Shown: positions 8,103 to 18,162, counted from the stretch's first letter. The stretch is DNA of 32,000 nucleotides from Methanocaldococcus jannaschii DSM 2661 (GCF_000091665.1 NC_000909.1:1222961-1254960); one strand, 5' to 3'. A program made the numbers and translations. Notes: a model not told the origin generated them from the sequence alone.

Positions 8103-8704
8103 AATAAATATAGCAAAATCCCTTCTTTTGATACATTTAAGATATAATAATATAACGATTTTTCATTGGAATTATTATAAATGGTTTCATTAAGTATCAA
8201 ATTTCCAAATCTATCATAAACAAATACATTAACATAACTTCCAGTTATATTAAAACTCCCAGTAACTGAGCCATTTTCAGAGATATTTAACAATAGATTC
8301 TTGCTGAATACATAATTTGATACGTTTAAACTTCCGTTAAATGCCCCTCCAAATCCATAATTTGATATGTTATAAGAAAAATTTCCATTGTATAGTGAAA
8401 AATTGAATGTTAAGTTTTTTGCCTCATATCTTATATTAGAAAATATTATTTTTTTGTAATTAATTTCAATGCCTTCATCTTTATAATTATTTTTTAGCAT
8501 GTCTAAATTTTTACTTAAATTTGAGTTTGAAGTTAAAGAGTTTATTAAACAGCTTTCTATAGAGTTTTTGACATCTTTCATTTTAAATACTGTTAAATAA
8601 GAGCCATCAGAAGTATAGGAGTTAAAACCAAGTAAGAAAAACAATATTAATCCAATGGATAAAATAACTCCACCAATAATAAAAAACTGCCCTCTTTTAT
8701 TCAT
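8051..8704 (-). CDS. Prepilin-like protein with a class III (type IV pilin-like) signal peptide.
   Basis: The ATG at 8704 forms an ATGA overlap with the upstream stop. The N-terminus MNKRGQ/FFIIGGVILSIGLILFFLLGF has a short basic leader, G-Q, then a hydrophobic helix. The remainder is rich in sequons. The last ~25 codons (LLYLLWQRMFLTTHWQKMYPL) look non-native. Confidence 0.7.
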   Translation of the reverse strand: MNKRGQFFIIGGVILSIGLILFFLLGFNSYTSDGSYLTVFKMKDVKNSIESCLINSLTSNSNLSKNLDMLKNNYKDEGIEINYKKIIFSNIRYEAKNLTFNFSLYNGNFSYNISNYGFGGAFNGSLNVSNYVFSKNLLLNISENGSVTGSFNITGSYVNVFVYDRFGNLILNETIYNNSNEKSLYYYILNVSKEGILLYLLWQRMFLTTHWQKMYPL

Positions 8705-9066
8705 CTCCACCATAATATCAACCTTAACTTATAAAAATTTACTGAGGTGTTATTCTCAAATATAAAATTTCTCTCAACAACAACTCCATTTTTTGCATCA
8801 GAATAAATTAAATTCCCATTTTTGTAAATCTCAAATCCATAACCTACATTACTTGGCAGTTCAATTTTTTTGTAGAGGGAGGAGATATTTTCAAAATCCC
8901 CCTCCTCAATATGTGCAGAGTATAATGCATTATATCCAATAAATTCTAAAGAAAGATTATAATCAAAATTCTGGGACATTACCAAATAAGAAAAAACTAA
9001 TATAACCATAATACCTGCAATTGTAGCTTCTAAGATTCTAATAAACCCTTTATTGTTAAGTATCAT
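8701..9066 (-). CDS. Small prepilin-like protein.
   Basis: The N-terminus MILNNKG/FIRILEATIAGIMVILVFSYLV has a basic leader, Gly, then a hydrophobic helix with a Glu near +5/+6. ATGA overlap with the upstream gene. Confidence 0.65.
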   Translation of the reverse strand: MILNNKGFIRILEATIAGIMVILVFSYLVMSQNFDYNLSLEFIGYNALYSAHIEEGDFENISSLYKKIELPSNVGYGFEIYKNGNLIYSDAKNGVVVERNFIFENNTSVNFYKLRLILWWR

Positions 9067-9617
9067 CTTCCCACTTCTAAAATGCCGTAGTATTTGAGAG
9101 TTATGTTTTCATTTTTATCAACTATATAGAACGGAACTTCAAACAACTTATTACAACTAATACCTTGGAATTCCCTATAGTTGATAGAATAGTTTTTTGG
9201 ATATATTATCTCAATATCCCCATACTCTCCTTTTTTGTATTTTGCAGAAATATTATAATGCCCTATAATTCTTAAAAACTCATGATTTTTTGTTATAATG
9301 AATTCATCCTTAGAAGGGGAGTATGCAATAATGTATGAGCCATTCAAGTTTTCAAGATACTTTATTAACTCTCTACTTTCAGATGTGTCTTTGAATACAA
9401 ATCCCTCAATAACATATCCTATTTTATTAACTTTAAAATTAAAAATTAAATCTCCCTTTGAAATTGAATAATTATATTTTAAATCATTATAATACATTAA
9501 AAACTCTTTTTTAGCTTCTTCAATATCATAAACACTATGTAAATTAACGGTTTCAGATATAACATAGACACATACAATTAAAAACATGGCTGTTGCAAGT
9601 AAATAGTCCAATTCCAT
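9063..9617 (-). CDS. N-terminally membrane-anchored hypothetical protein of the pilus-like operon.
   Basis: A single N-terminal hydrophobic helix (LLATAMFLIVCVYVI) is followed by a beta-rich ectodomain. The gene is tightly packed between the TadC-like and pilin-like genes. Confidence 0.55.
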   Translation of the reverse strand: MELDYLLATAMFLIVCVYVISETVNLHSVYDIEEAKKEFLMYYNDLKYNYSISKGDLIFNFKVNKIGYVIEGFVFKDTSESRELIKYLENLNGSYIIAYSPSKDEFIITKNHEFLRIIGHYNISAKYKKGEYGDIEIIYPKNYSINYREFQGISCNKLFEVPFYIVDKNENITLKYYGILEVGR

Positions 9618-9620
9618 TTA

Positions 9621-11408
9621 TTATCCCCCAATGTAAAATTTAAACAGCATATATCCAACAATCAACATTAGTAATATATGCTTTATTCCAGCAATAATCG
9701 ACCTCTCAGTAAGTATTCCTAAAGAAGCTCCAGAGAATATGGAATATATCAAAATTCCTTGGAATAAATAGTTTTTATAAAATTCAACACTCAAACCATG
9801 AATATTTTTTAATAATGTTGGCAGGAGGGAATGAACCATAATGTACGATGTCCCAATGTACAGGAAAAATGAGAGATAGATGACAACCACATATATAAAC
9901 TGCCTTGCACTTATCTCCCTTTTCATTTCACTTAACTTGTATGCATGAACCGTAACTGAGGTTAAGATATCCTTTACATCCCCACCAGAGACGGCACATT
10001 CTTTTAATATTGAGGCGATTCTTTTTGCAATTAAAGATTTTTCTGTTCTTTCTAAATCGGCAAATACTTCATTCACAGGCCTTCCCCAAGACATCTGAAT
10101 AGCCATTTTTTTAACAATTTTTGTTAAAGGCCCATAGTTCGTTCTTGCACAGACCTGCATCGCTCTAATTATATCCATACCACTTCTCACAGCCATGGTT
10201 AAATCATTTAAAAATATAGGGTAGTATCTCTCCTTTTGATTTTCAATAATAAAATGCCAATAGCTTGTTAAAATAAAAGGAAGTATAAGAAACAAAATTC
10301 CAAACATTAAGAAATCAGTTCCATGGAACTTAAAAATTGATTTTCTAATGAAAAACAACATAAAAGAAATTATAGAAAGCATCCAAAAAAACAAAGTAAT
10401 AAAATGAACTGGTTTCCATTTAAATTTCATTTTTATGCCTTCTATCTCTGGTTCATCAAATTCTTTTAAAACATCTAATAAAGAAACATTTAATTTGAAG
10501 TCTTTTGGTAGTATTCCATAAACCAATCCCATAAAAATTATTGATGCTATTGGAACCCATAAATAAAAGGTCAGTGGAAGTAGCTTTGGGTCTCCAAAAA
10601 GTGATGCGGTTTGTAAAATTGCACTAATGGATGAAGCTACAGGAACTGTCATAACAACAAAAAGAGGAATCATACCACATGCTATTACATAAAACTCAGA
10701 CAGTATCTCAACTTTTTCAATAGCTTCAAATAATTCCAACTTTCTATCTTCCATCAATCGTTCATATATTTCATGAAAAATGTTTTTCATCTCAGCCCCA
10801 ACTATTAAAGAGGCTACTATATTATAATAAACTGAAGACAGCTTTTTACTTGGTGTTATCCTTGCTCTTCTTAAAAATGTTGTTATAATGTCATAATTGA
10901 ATACCTTCGTATCCTTAACTATTTCTTTTGCCTCTTTACTCATCCCTCCATAAATATCCTCTTTTGATAGAGAAGTAAATATCTCCACTACAGGAATGTT
11001 TGCTGAAGATAAGGCAGAGATAAAGGCAAACGCATAAGGTAAATTCTCATCTATACTTTTAGCCTTTTCTTCAGCTAAGACATAAGGATATAAGACCCCA
11101 ATAAGAATAACAATAAAAATCCCTCCAATAAGCCCAAAAATTGCATAGAATATATTAAATACTATTAAAAAAATTATGAAGATAATTAACCCTAATATTA
11201 TAGATGTTAAAAATACTACAGGCAGATATGTGGAAGAAACTGCATTCATACCTGCTTTTAATAAAATTTCATCAAATTTCTCATCCTCTATTTTAAAAAG
11301 TTTCATAGCCAATTTATAATACCTTAACTTTAAATTGGCAAAAAAATCCAATTCAATCACCTTTATGATATTCTTTATACTCACATATCTTTTTAACAAA
11401 TTCTTCAA
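9621..11408 (-). CDS. TadC/FlaJ/PilC-like polytopic membrane platform protein (T2SSF-type).
   Basis: ~580-595 aa with about 9 TM helices separating two helical cytoplasmic segments. It lies immediately downstream of the secretion ATPase. The real start may be the TTG at 11351 (GGTGAT plus 4 nt, just after the ATPase stop) or the ATG near 11306, rather than 11408. Confidence 0.7.
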   Translation of the reverse strand: MKNLLKRYVSIKNIIKVIELDFFANLKLRYYKLAMKLFKIEDEKFDEILLKAGMNAVSSTYLPVVFLTSIILGLIIFIIFLIVFNIFYAIFGLIGGIFIVILIGVLYPYVLAEEKAKSIDENLPYAFAFISALSSANIPVVEIFTSLSKEDIYGGMSKEAKEIVKDTKVFNYDIITTFLRRARITPSKKLSSVYYNIVASLIVGAEMKNIFHEIYERLMEDRKLELFEAIEKVEILSEFYVIACGMIPLFVVMTVPVASSISAILQTASLFGDPKLLPLTFYLWVPIASIIFMGLVYGILPKDFKLNVSLLDVLKEFDEPEIEGIKMKFKWKPVHFITLFFWMLSIISFMLFFIRKSIFKFHGTDFLMFGILFLILPFILTSYWHFIIENQKERYYPIFLNDLTMAVRSGMDIIRAMQVCARTNYGPLTKIVKKMAIQMSWGRPVNEVFADLERTEKSLIAKRIASILKECAVSGGDVKDILTSVTVHAYKLSEMKREISARQFIYVVVIYLSFFLYIGTSYIMVHSLLPTLLKNIHGLSVEFYKNYLFQGILIYSIFSGASLGILTERSIIAGIKHILLMLIVGYMLFKFYIGG

Positions 11409-12938
11409 AATTTGGTTTTGTTTTACATAAATTCCTCAAAAATTCTGCTCTACTATGAAGTTCATTAATAATCTCTTTTTCTGAAATTCCAATGAACTCA
11501 GCTATTCTTCTTAACAAATAACTTTCTCCAGAAAATTCAAATGTATCATCTTCAGGATTCCACCTAAAAACATCATGTAATATAATATCATCAATTTTTG
11601 GGTCGTATTCAACAATCTCAGTTATACTCTTAGTTCTTCTAACAAATCTTCCTTTATAAATCAATCTAACCTGCATACATATGGCATTTAGTTGTTCAAG
11701 CATAATCTTTGGAATGTTCATTGGTTCAGCATTCAACCTCCTTATAACTGCCTCTGGGGATTTTGCGTGTATCGTTGATAACGCCAAATGTCCTGTAGTT
11801 ATTGCTTGAAATAATATCTTCGCCTCCTCACCTCTAACCTCTCCAACAATTAAATAATCTGGTCTTTGCCTTAAAGCCGCTTTTAATAAATCCATCATAG
11901 TTATTTCATATTCTTCTCCACCGAATCCACTTCTTGTAGTTCCAGCAATCCAGTTTTCATGATACAACCTAATTTCTGGAGTATCCTCAATAGATACGAT
12001 TTTCATTTGAGGAGGGATGAAAAGAGAGAATGCATTTAAAAGGGTGGTTTTTCCAGTAGCTACCTCTCCAGCAACCATAATAGAATTTTTATATTCAATG
12101 AGTAACCAAAGATATGCAAGCATCTCTGGAGAAATACTCCCATATCTTATTAAATCTGTTGGCAATATAGGAGTGTGTGTGAATTTTCTTATTGTAAATG
12201 TTGAACCATATCTGAGATATCCCTTCCAAGGGTTACATTTAGCCTGCTACCATCTGGGAGAGAACCATCCACTATTGGATTAGCCAATGTTAAAGATTTT
12301 CCACACCTTTGGGCTAAGGATATACAAAACGAGTCTAATTCTTCATCAGTTTCAAATTTTATATTTGTCTTTAAATGTTCGTATTTTCTATGAAACACAT
12401 ACACTGGCTTTCCAACACCTGTGCAACTGATATCCTCCAAATTCTCATCTTTCATAAGAGCATCTATTTTCCCATATCCAATGAGGTATTTAATTAAAAA
12501 GTAAATTAACTTATGTCTTGTTACATCATCCAATGTTAATTTTAAATCGTCAAAAATTTCTTTAATTTTTTCTTTTAAATAATCCTCCAACTTTTCTTTG
12601 TCTATTTCTTCAACTGGAACATCCAATAATGCCTGAACAACTTTTCTTAGTTTTAAAAATAGTTTTATCTCTTCTTTTGTTAGAATTGGCTCAATAACAA
12701 TATACTTTTTTGTTTTTTCTACATTATCATAACCAATTATAATCTCCGCCATACCAATCGTCATTTTTTCATAAATTTCAAGATTTTTAATTTCTTCATA
12801 AATCTCTTTTAAAGCATCCAAATAACTTTCATTTTCCTCTCTATCCTTTTTTACATTTTTGTCTAATTTAAAAATTTTTTTAATGTCTATATTTTTGTTA
12901 AAATTAAAATTTTCACCAAATATTTTCTTTATTACCAT
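11353..12938 (-). pseudogene. Type II/IV secretion-system ATPase (FlaI/TadA/VirB11-like) split into two ORFs by a single-nucleotide frameshift near 12207..12220.
   Basis: The upstream ORF ends ...PDGSRLNVTLGRDISDMVQHLQ*. The next frame reads YGSTFTIRKFTHTPILPTDLIRYGSISPEMLAYLWLLIEYKNSIMVAGEVATGKTTLLNAF, with Walker A GEVATGKTT, Walker B DYLIVGEVRGEEA and His box TGHLALSTIHA. The ATG at 12938 follows GAGTGAT plus 4 nt. Confidence 0.85.
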
Positions 12939-12943
12939 AAATA

Positions 12944-13315
12944 TCACTCTATATAAATCATATAGGTGTTATTGACCTTTTTACATGAGATTTTAGAAAT
13001 GTCAGAAATCTCATTTTTAAAGAATCTAATGTTGTTATTAAACTTATGAACATAGGTTTTATTTTGGAAAATTATTGTAAATGAATTATTTTCAAATATG
13101 ACCTTGCAATTTAGGTTTATTTTTTTGTAGAGAGTTATATTCCCCTCATTTGCTAAAACTACTGCATTCATAACTTCTGAAGTTATTTCCCTATCAACCT
13201 TGTCAATATACCTATATTTTCCAATTTCAATTAATTCAGAGTAAATTGTAGAGGTAAATATAATAACCAAAAATGAAACTGCCATAAGAAGAATGGATTT
13301 TGCAATAATATGCAT
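12944..13315 (-). CDS. Small N-terminally anchored protein, a possible minor pilin-like component.
   Basis: The N-terminus is MHIIAKSILLMAVSFLVIIFTSTIY. The stop overlaps the ATPase start region and the gene is packed within the operon. Confidence 0.5.
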   Translation of the reverse strand: MHIIAKSILLMAVSFLVIIFTSTIYSELIEIGKYRYIDKVDREITSEVMNAVVLANEGNITLYKKINLNCKVIFENNSFTIIFQNKTYVHKFNNNIRFFKNEISDISKISCKKVNNTYMIYIE

Positions 13316-13317
13316 AT

Positions 13318-13815
13318 TTATCCCATCAATAAGCTATAAACATAAACCTTTGAGTTATTAACATAGAAATGCCTCAAATTATCGGAGTAGTTTATTGTTA
13401 TATTTCCTCCAAACTCATAAATTGATAGATTTGTATATTTGATATAATAAACATTTGGACATTGAGCGGAGATGTTGTAGATAAAGATATATAATGTTCC
13501 TTTTTCAAGATAAACATCATAATCAATTCCTTCAATGGTTGTGATATTGAATGATACATACTTTGTCCCATTAGAAATTTTAACATTATTTTCTTTTAAA
13601 GTAATCTTAGTTTCATCAAATGTCCTTTCTGAATCTACACCACTGTATATTACATCATTTATTAGATTTTTTATAATTTCTATACGATTTTTTTCTTTTT
13701 CTTTTGAAACCTGATTTAAAGTGGTGTCTATTATGTTAATTCCCCATTCATAGGCAATAATTGATAATGCAAAGATTGTAGTTAAAACTAAAAGAGTAGA
13801 TAGATATGTATTCAT
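13318..13815 (-). CDS. N-terminally anchored pilin-like or pilus-associated protein.
   Basis: The N-terminus [24 protein letters not shown] resembles the hydrophobic core of archaeal pilins, but no clear [KR]G cleavage motif is present. ATGA overlap with the upstream gene. Confidence 0.5.
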
Positions 13816-14750
13816 TTTCTTCCCCTTTTACTCAAATAAATAGCCAATCCTATTATCCCAAAACCTATAATAATTCCAATAAAGCTTAATAAATAATTAC
13901 TCATGAATTTCGTAGAGTTTTCAGAGATTTTATTATTTTCTAATATTATTATATCATCAATTGTCGAATTATAAAGTTTTACATACAAATACGGCTCTTT
14001 TAAATAGGCAGTTTTATTTGAAACAAAAACATTATATTTTCTATCAAATGTAAATGTCCCTTTTGGGTTTTTGATAGTGTAAGATGTCCTATTTTCTGTA
14101 ATTGATGTAACATTTGCTACTGCATATCCATAAAATTCTGAACTATTGAAGAACTTTGTATAATAAATATTACAAATTGAGGAGACATTATCTAAATAAA
14201 TCAAACTTATAACTTTTTTATCTGTTTTATTATACTCTAAGATATATTTTCCATTCGTCTCAGCCAATTTATTTTCCGCCACTATGATTATTTTCACATT
14301 ATTTGGTGGAATCCTCATTCTAATTGGTCCTCCAAGGGAGCCAACATAATCTTCAATTTGAGGAATCGTTATGTTTATTGTGTAATTTATTTTATCAACA
14401 CTAAAATTGTAGTAGAATATAAGAGAATTTGAAGAGTTTCTATATAGTAAATTAGAATAGTTGTATCCATATATTTTCTCATACAAAATAATTCCAGCGG
14501 ATTTTATGTGATATGGATTGTTTGTCCCATTTATTACATCTTTAACATAGGCAGTATTGTTTTTTACAATAATATATAGAATTTCGTTGTAGTTTATATT
14601 ACTGTAGATTATATTATTGTGAGAAATATTTGAACTTGAGATGTTTTTAGAGGTTGTGTTTGAAATATCTGAAATATTCTCAGCATAAGTAAAATAAACA
14701 GAGAATAATCCAAAAATACATAAAATTAACAAATAAATTGCCTTTTTCAT
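13812..14750 (-). CDS. Type I membrane or surface glycoprotein candidate (signal peptide plus C-terminal TM anchor).
   Basis: It has the signal peptide [23 protein letters not shown] and the C-terminal anchor [27 protein letters not shown]-x-S/T sequons are dense, e.g. [20 protein letters not shown]. Confidence 0.65.
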
Positions 14751-14762
14751 ACTATCACCTTT

Positions 14763-15485
14763 TTAACTAATTTCAAATGTTATTTTTTTCTCTACGTCTC
14801 CATATTTCGTTGAAGCAATGATTTCAAATATTATTGTATTTGGAACTTTTGTATTATTTATTAGGATGTAATAATTTATATCTGTTTTAGAATTCCCCTT
14901 CAATAAAAAACTCTCTGTTGGACAATTTAAATCAATTAAATCAAGCAAATTTGAAGTATTCAATGCGTTTCCATTAGAAGCAGCAGCATAGAATAGTTTT
15001 CCATTTTCATCATAAAATTTCATTGAGGAATAATACACTGTTCCATTAAAATAAACATATTGTCCGCTATAATTGTAAGGGTTTTCATCTCTATCCAACA
15101 ATAAATTGTTACTGCTATCATCTATATTTACTGATGCCCAGGAAACATTTGGAGTTAAGCAGTATATTCTTGTATTTACATTTAAATCTTCATCAATATT
15201 GTTTATAAATTCTAATTTTATTGTTTGAATAAATCGCTCCTCTGGGTTATTTGTTATCCGGGAATCTCCATTTAAATCAAGATTTGTAAAATAGTATGTT
15301 TCAATTGTAGAAATTTCAATAGGTTTTATGATATTCCCTATCGATGACTTTATTGTTGGGGTTATTTTTTCGGTAGTGTCGCTAAATACCTTGTTACTCC
15401 AAGCGTAATAAGCTGCACCGATGACAATTGCAGTTCCTATTAATAATAACATTGTAATTATTAGGGACATTCCCGACTTGTTCAT
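14763..15485 (-). CDS. Archaeal type IV pilin-like protein, first gene of the operon and a candidate major subunit.
   Basis: The N-terminus MNKSG/MSLIITMLLLIGTAIVIGAAYYAW has a short basic leader ending in Gly and then the flagellin/pilin-type hydrophobic helix. A GGTGAA SD lies upstream. Confidence 0.7.
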   Translation of the reverse strand: MNKSGMSLIITMLLLIGTAIVIGAAYYAWSNKVFSDTTEKITPTIKSSIGNIIKPIEISTIETYYFTNLDLNGDSRITNNPEERFIQTIKLEFINNIDEDLNVNTRIYCLTPNVSWASVNIDDSSNNLLLDRDENPYNYSGQYVYFNGTVYYSSMKFYDENGKLFYAAASNGNALNTSNLLDLIDLNCPTESFLLKGNSKTDINYYILINNTKVPNTIIFEIIASTKYGDVEKKITFEIS

Positions 15486-15698
15486 TAAACTTCACCATTA
15501 AGTTTATGTAAGTGTTTATGTATATGGGCAATAAAGTAAATTTTATGATATTTAAGATTATCTTAACTATAAAAAATTTATTAATTATTTGATTATTGTA
15601 GTATGATATTTTAAATATAAATGCGGTATTATGGCATATATATTTAAACATTATTATTACATAGCACATTACAATATATAAAATTAGGTGTCACATTT
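15486..15698. promoter_or_regulatory. Divergent intergenic promoter region between the pilus-like operon (-) and the surface-protein genes (+).
   Basis: A 213-bp very AT-rich spacer with several TATA-like boxes, e.g. CAATATATAAAA about 20-30 nt before the + gene SD TAGGTG. I could not map the exact boxes or transcription start sites. Confidence 0.4.
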
Positions 15699-17357
15699 AT
15701 GAAATTCAAATATATCGTATTATTATTTGCACTGTCTTTAGCATTAATCACAGTTAATGGCTTAGAGATAAAGGATATTGATTACAGCGATAGCTCGCAA
15801 TATCTAATAATAACAGTAAGTAATCCAGATAATAACATTAATGCAAATATATCAATAATTGGATATATAGACAACAAAATAGATACGCAAGTGGAGATGT
15901 TTAATTACTCAATCCCAAAATATTCTCTAATGTTTATTAGAAAGAAGATGGTGTTTAATGAAAAAGGAGTTCATACAGTATTTGTAACAATAAAAAGTAA
16001 TAATATAACCTATACTTTTTATAAAAAAATAAATATAACCTATGCATATAACAGCAAAGTTCCAGTTCCTGAAGAAGAAGTAACTAAAAAGATAGAGATA
16101 GAGGGTTTAGAGTTTGAAATATGTCCCTACCCATATCCTCCTTTTTACGATTTTGTATATGTAACTATAAGAAACAACGATTATGTTCCTCACTATGTTA
16201 ATATTTCATTTACGGCATCTTTACAAGGAACTTATTACATCATTAAAGACAACAAAATAATAAAATCAAATCCTCCGTCAAATGGCTTAATAATAAAATC
16301 TTGGACGCCTAACGTTTATGTTCCTCCAAAATCCAAAATTATAATTCCCATAAAAGTTAATTTTTACTATTCTGGAAAATACACGATAACAGTAAAGGCA
16401 GTTAGTGATAATCATTATTCAACTGAAAAAACAGTTAAAGGTAATACTGTAATTTTAAAATCTCTATTTGGAGATGAGATAAAGGTCTATAATGTAGAAA
16501 TAGCTTGCCCACTGTATGTATATAATGTTAGATGTGAGGATGAATATGGGGACTATGCATATTCAAACTGGTTTGATGTTGATGTGAATAATACAGTTGA
16601 TTATGATGTTTATGGAACTCTACAGGTATTTCTATGTAAAAAAGAGGGAGATAATTATCTCATATTAAATAATAAAACAATAAATAAATACTTTTTAGCA
16701 AAAGAATTTAATGATGGATACTCAATTCCAGTTAAACTTAATACATCAGCGTTAAACCCTTATGATGAAAATTTCACAATATTTGTGTTATGTAAAACTG
16801 GAAATATGGAAAGTTTTTATTATAAAACATTTACTAAGCCAATAAAGATAAATAGTTTAGAAGTAAAGAATTATCCAGAACATTACTATTTTGTTGATGA
16901 AAGCATATTCTATGATGTTTATGTTAATGTAACAAATAACTTAAATAAAAAGATATATGCGAATATATCGATAAAGGATATTTATAATAAAACCTACTCA
17001 AAAGAAGTGGAGCTTAACAAAAGTTGCGTAAATATTATTAAATTTAGTGGATTAAAAATTAATGCAAAAGATTTATCTCACGATGGAAAAATTAAACTCA
17101 AATTTATAGTTACTGCTATAACTCCACCTTATGAAAAATACTACATCATTAAGAAAAATATAAGTATAAATTTATCTTTAATTCCAACTCCACCAGTTTA
17201 TCTATGCAGTAACTTAAATGATGAGATATTTGTTGGATATCCTCAAAATTTATCTTTTAGCTTAAAGAAAGTCGTTGGAAGATGCGTTGAGACAAGAGTA
17301 TATATAACAGTCCCAGACGATATTAAAAAATATACTATTTTGAAGAGAAGTATTTAA
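15699..17357 (+). CDS. Secreted multi-domain beta-sandwich (CARDB/adhesin-like) repeat protein.
   Basis: It has the signal peptide [22 protein letters not shown] recurrent ~100-aa pattern is present (I-x-I/V...Y-x-V-x-V-x-N...N-x-S), e.g. [39 protein letters not shown] and [21 protein letters not shown]. Many sequons. Confidence 0.65.
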
Positions 17358-17448
17358 AAATTGGAACAATGGAAGAGATTCCTGTAAATATAAAAACGCT
17401 ATTTTTAAAGGAATACACGGCCCTATCTACATACACGTTGCTACAAAT

Positions 17449-18162
17449 ATGGGAGTTAGAGAGTGTGTAGTAACAAGGATTATTAAATCAAGACCAATAA
17501 TTGCTTGTGAGGATGTATATCTGCACAATTACACTGTCTTTATAAAAATAAGAAATAGAACGCAGGGATTTGTGAAGTATGAGCCAATTGTTGGATATCC
17601 TGTTAATGTTACAGTTTCTCTAAAAAGTGCTGTTCCAGATTTAAAAGATATAGAAATCTGGGCTTCTGCAATGGATGAAAATGGCAGATTAATAAACTGT
17701 AGTAAAAAGAAAACCATCGATATTTACGGAAATTATAGAAAAGTTAATCTTGAAATTTTATTCAATGACTCATTAGAGGGATATTTAATAATATATGCTA
17801 AAACTGGGGAGGCAGTTATTCCTCTATATTATAAACCAATTATGGTCACCTATCCGGTAGTATTTGGTTTAGAATACAATCCTTCAGACCCTTGGGCAAA
17901 TCTAACACTATCTCATAATTATCAAGTTCCTATAAAGGTTAATGCTACAATAGGTAAATATTCCAAAATAATAACAATCTACCCATATAAAGAGACAAAA
18001 GTTCCGTTTTATGTTGGGAAAGATAGAAACAATATAACTGTAAGCATTGAACTACTTAATAATATATCAACGATAAAAAAATTCAAAAAAACATTTTATT
18101 TCAAAAAATTAAATAAAATTAAAACTTCTATTAATGAAACAGTAGTTAACAAATATAATTAA
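17449..18162 (+). CDS. Continuation-like beta-sandwich repeat protein, possibly the 3' portion of 15699..17357 separated from it by frame changes.
   Basis: It shows the same domain pattern ([33 protein letters not shown]). It has no signal peptide and no SD before the ATG. All three frames are open in turn across 17327..17450. Confidence 0.5.

Noticed and set aside
12195-12225. Programmed ribosomal frameshifting in the ATPase gene.
   Set aside because: There is no X XXY YYZ slippery heptamer or obvious downstream pseudoknot at the shift site. A mutation or base-calling error is more parsimonious, though I kept the site as a finding to be checked.
12017-12283. An 88-aa plus-strand ORF antisense to the ATPase frameshift region.
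   Set aside because: It is entirely antisense to a strongly supported conserved ATPase sequence and has no SD. It is a typical shadow ORF.
15394-15669. A 91-aa minus-strand ORF covering the pilin gene 5' end and the promoter spacer.
   Set aside because: It has low-complexity AT-rich composition (I/N/K/F/Y). It overlaps the well-supported pilin start and its SD in another frame.
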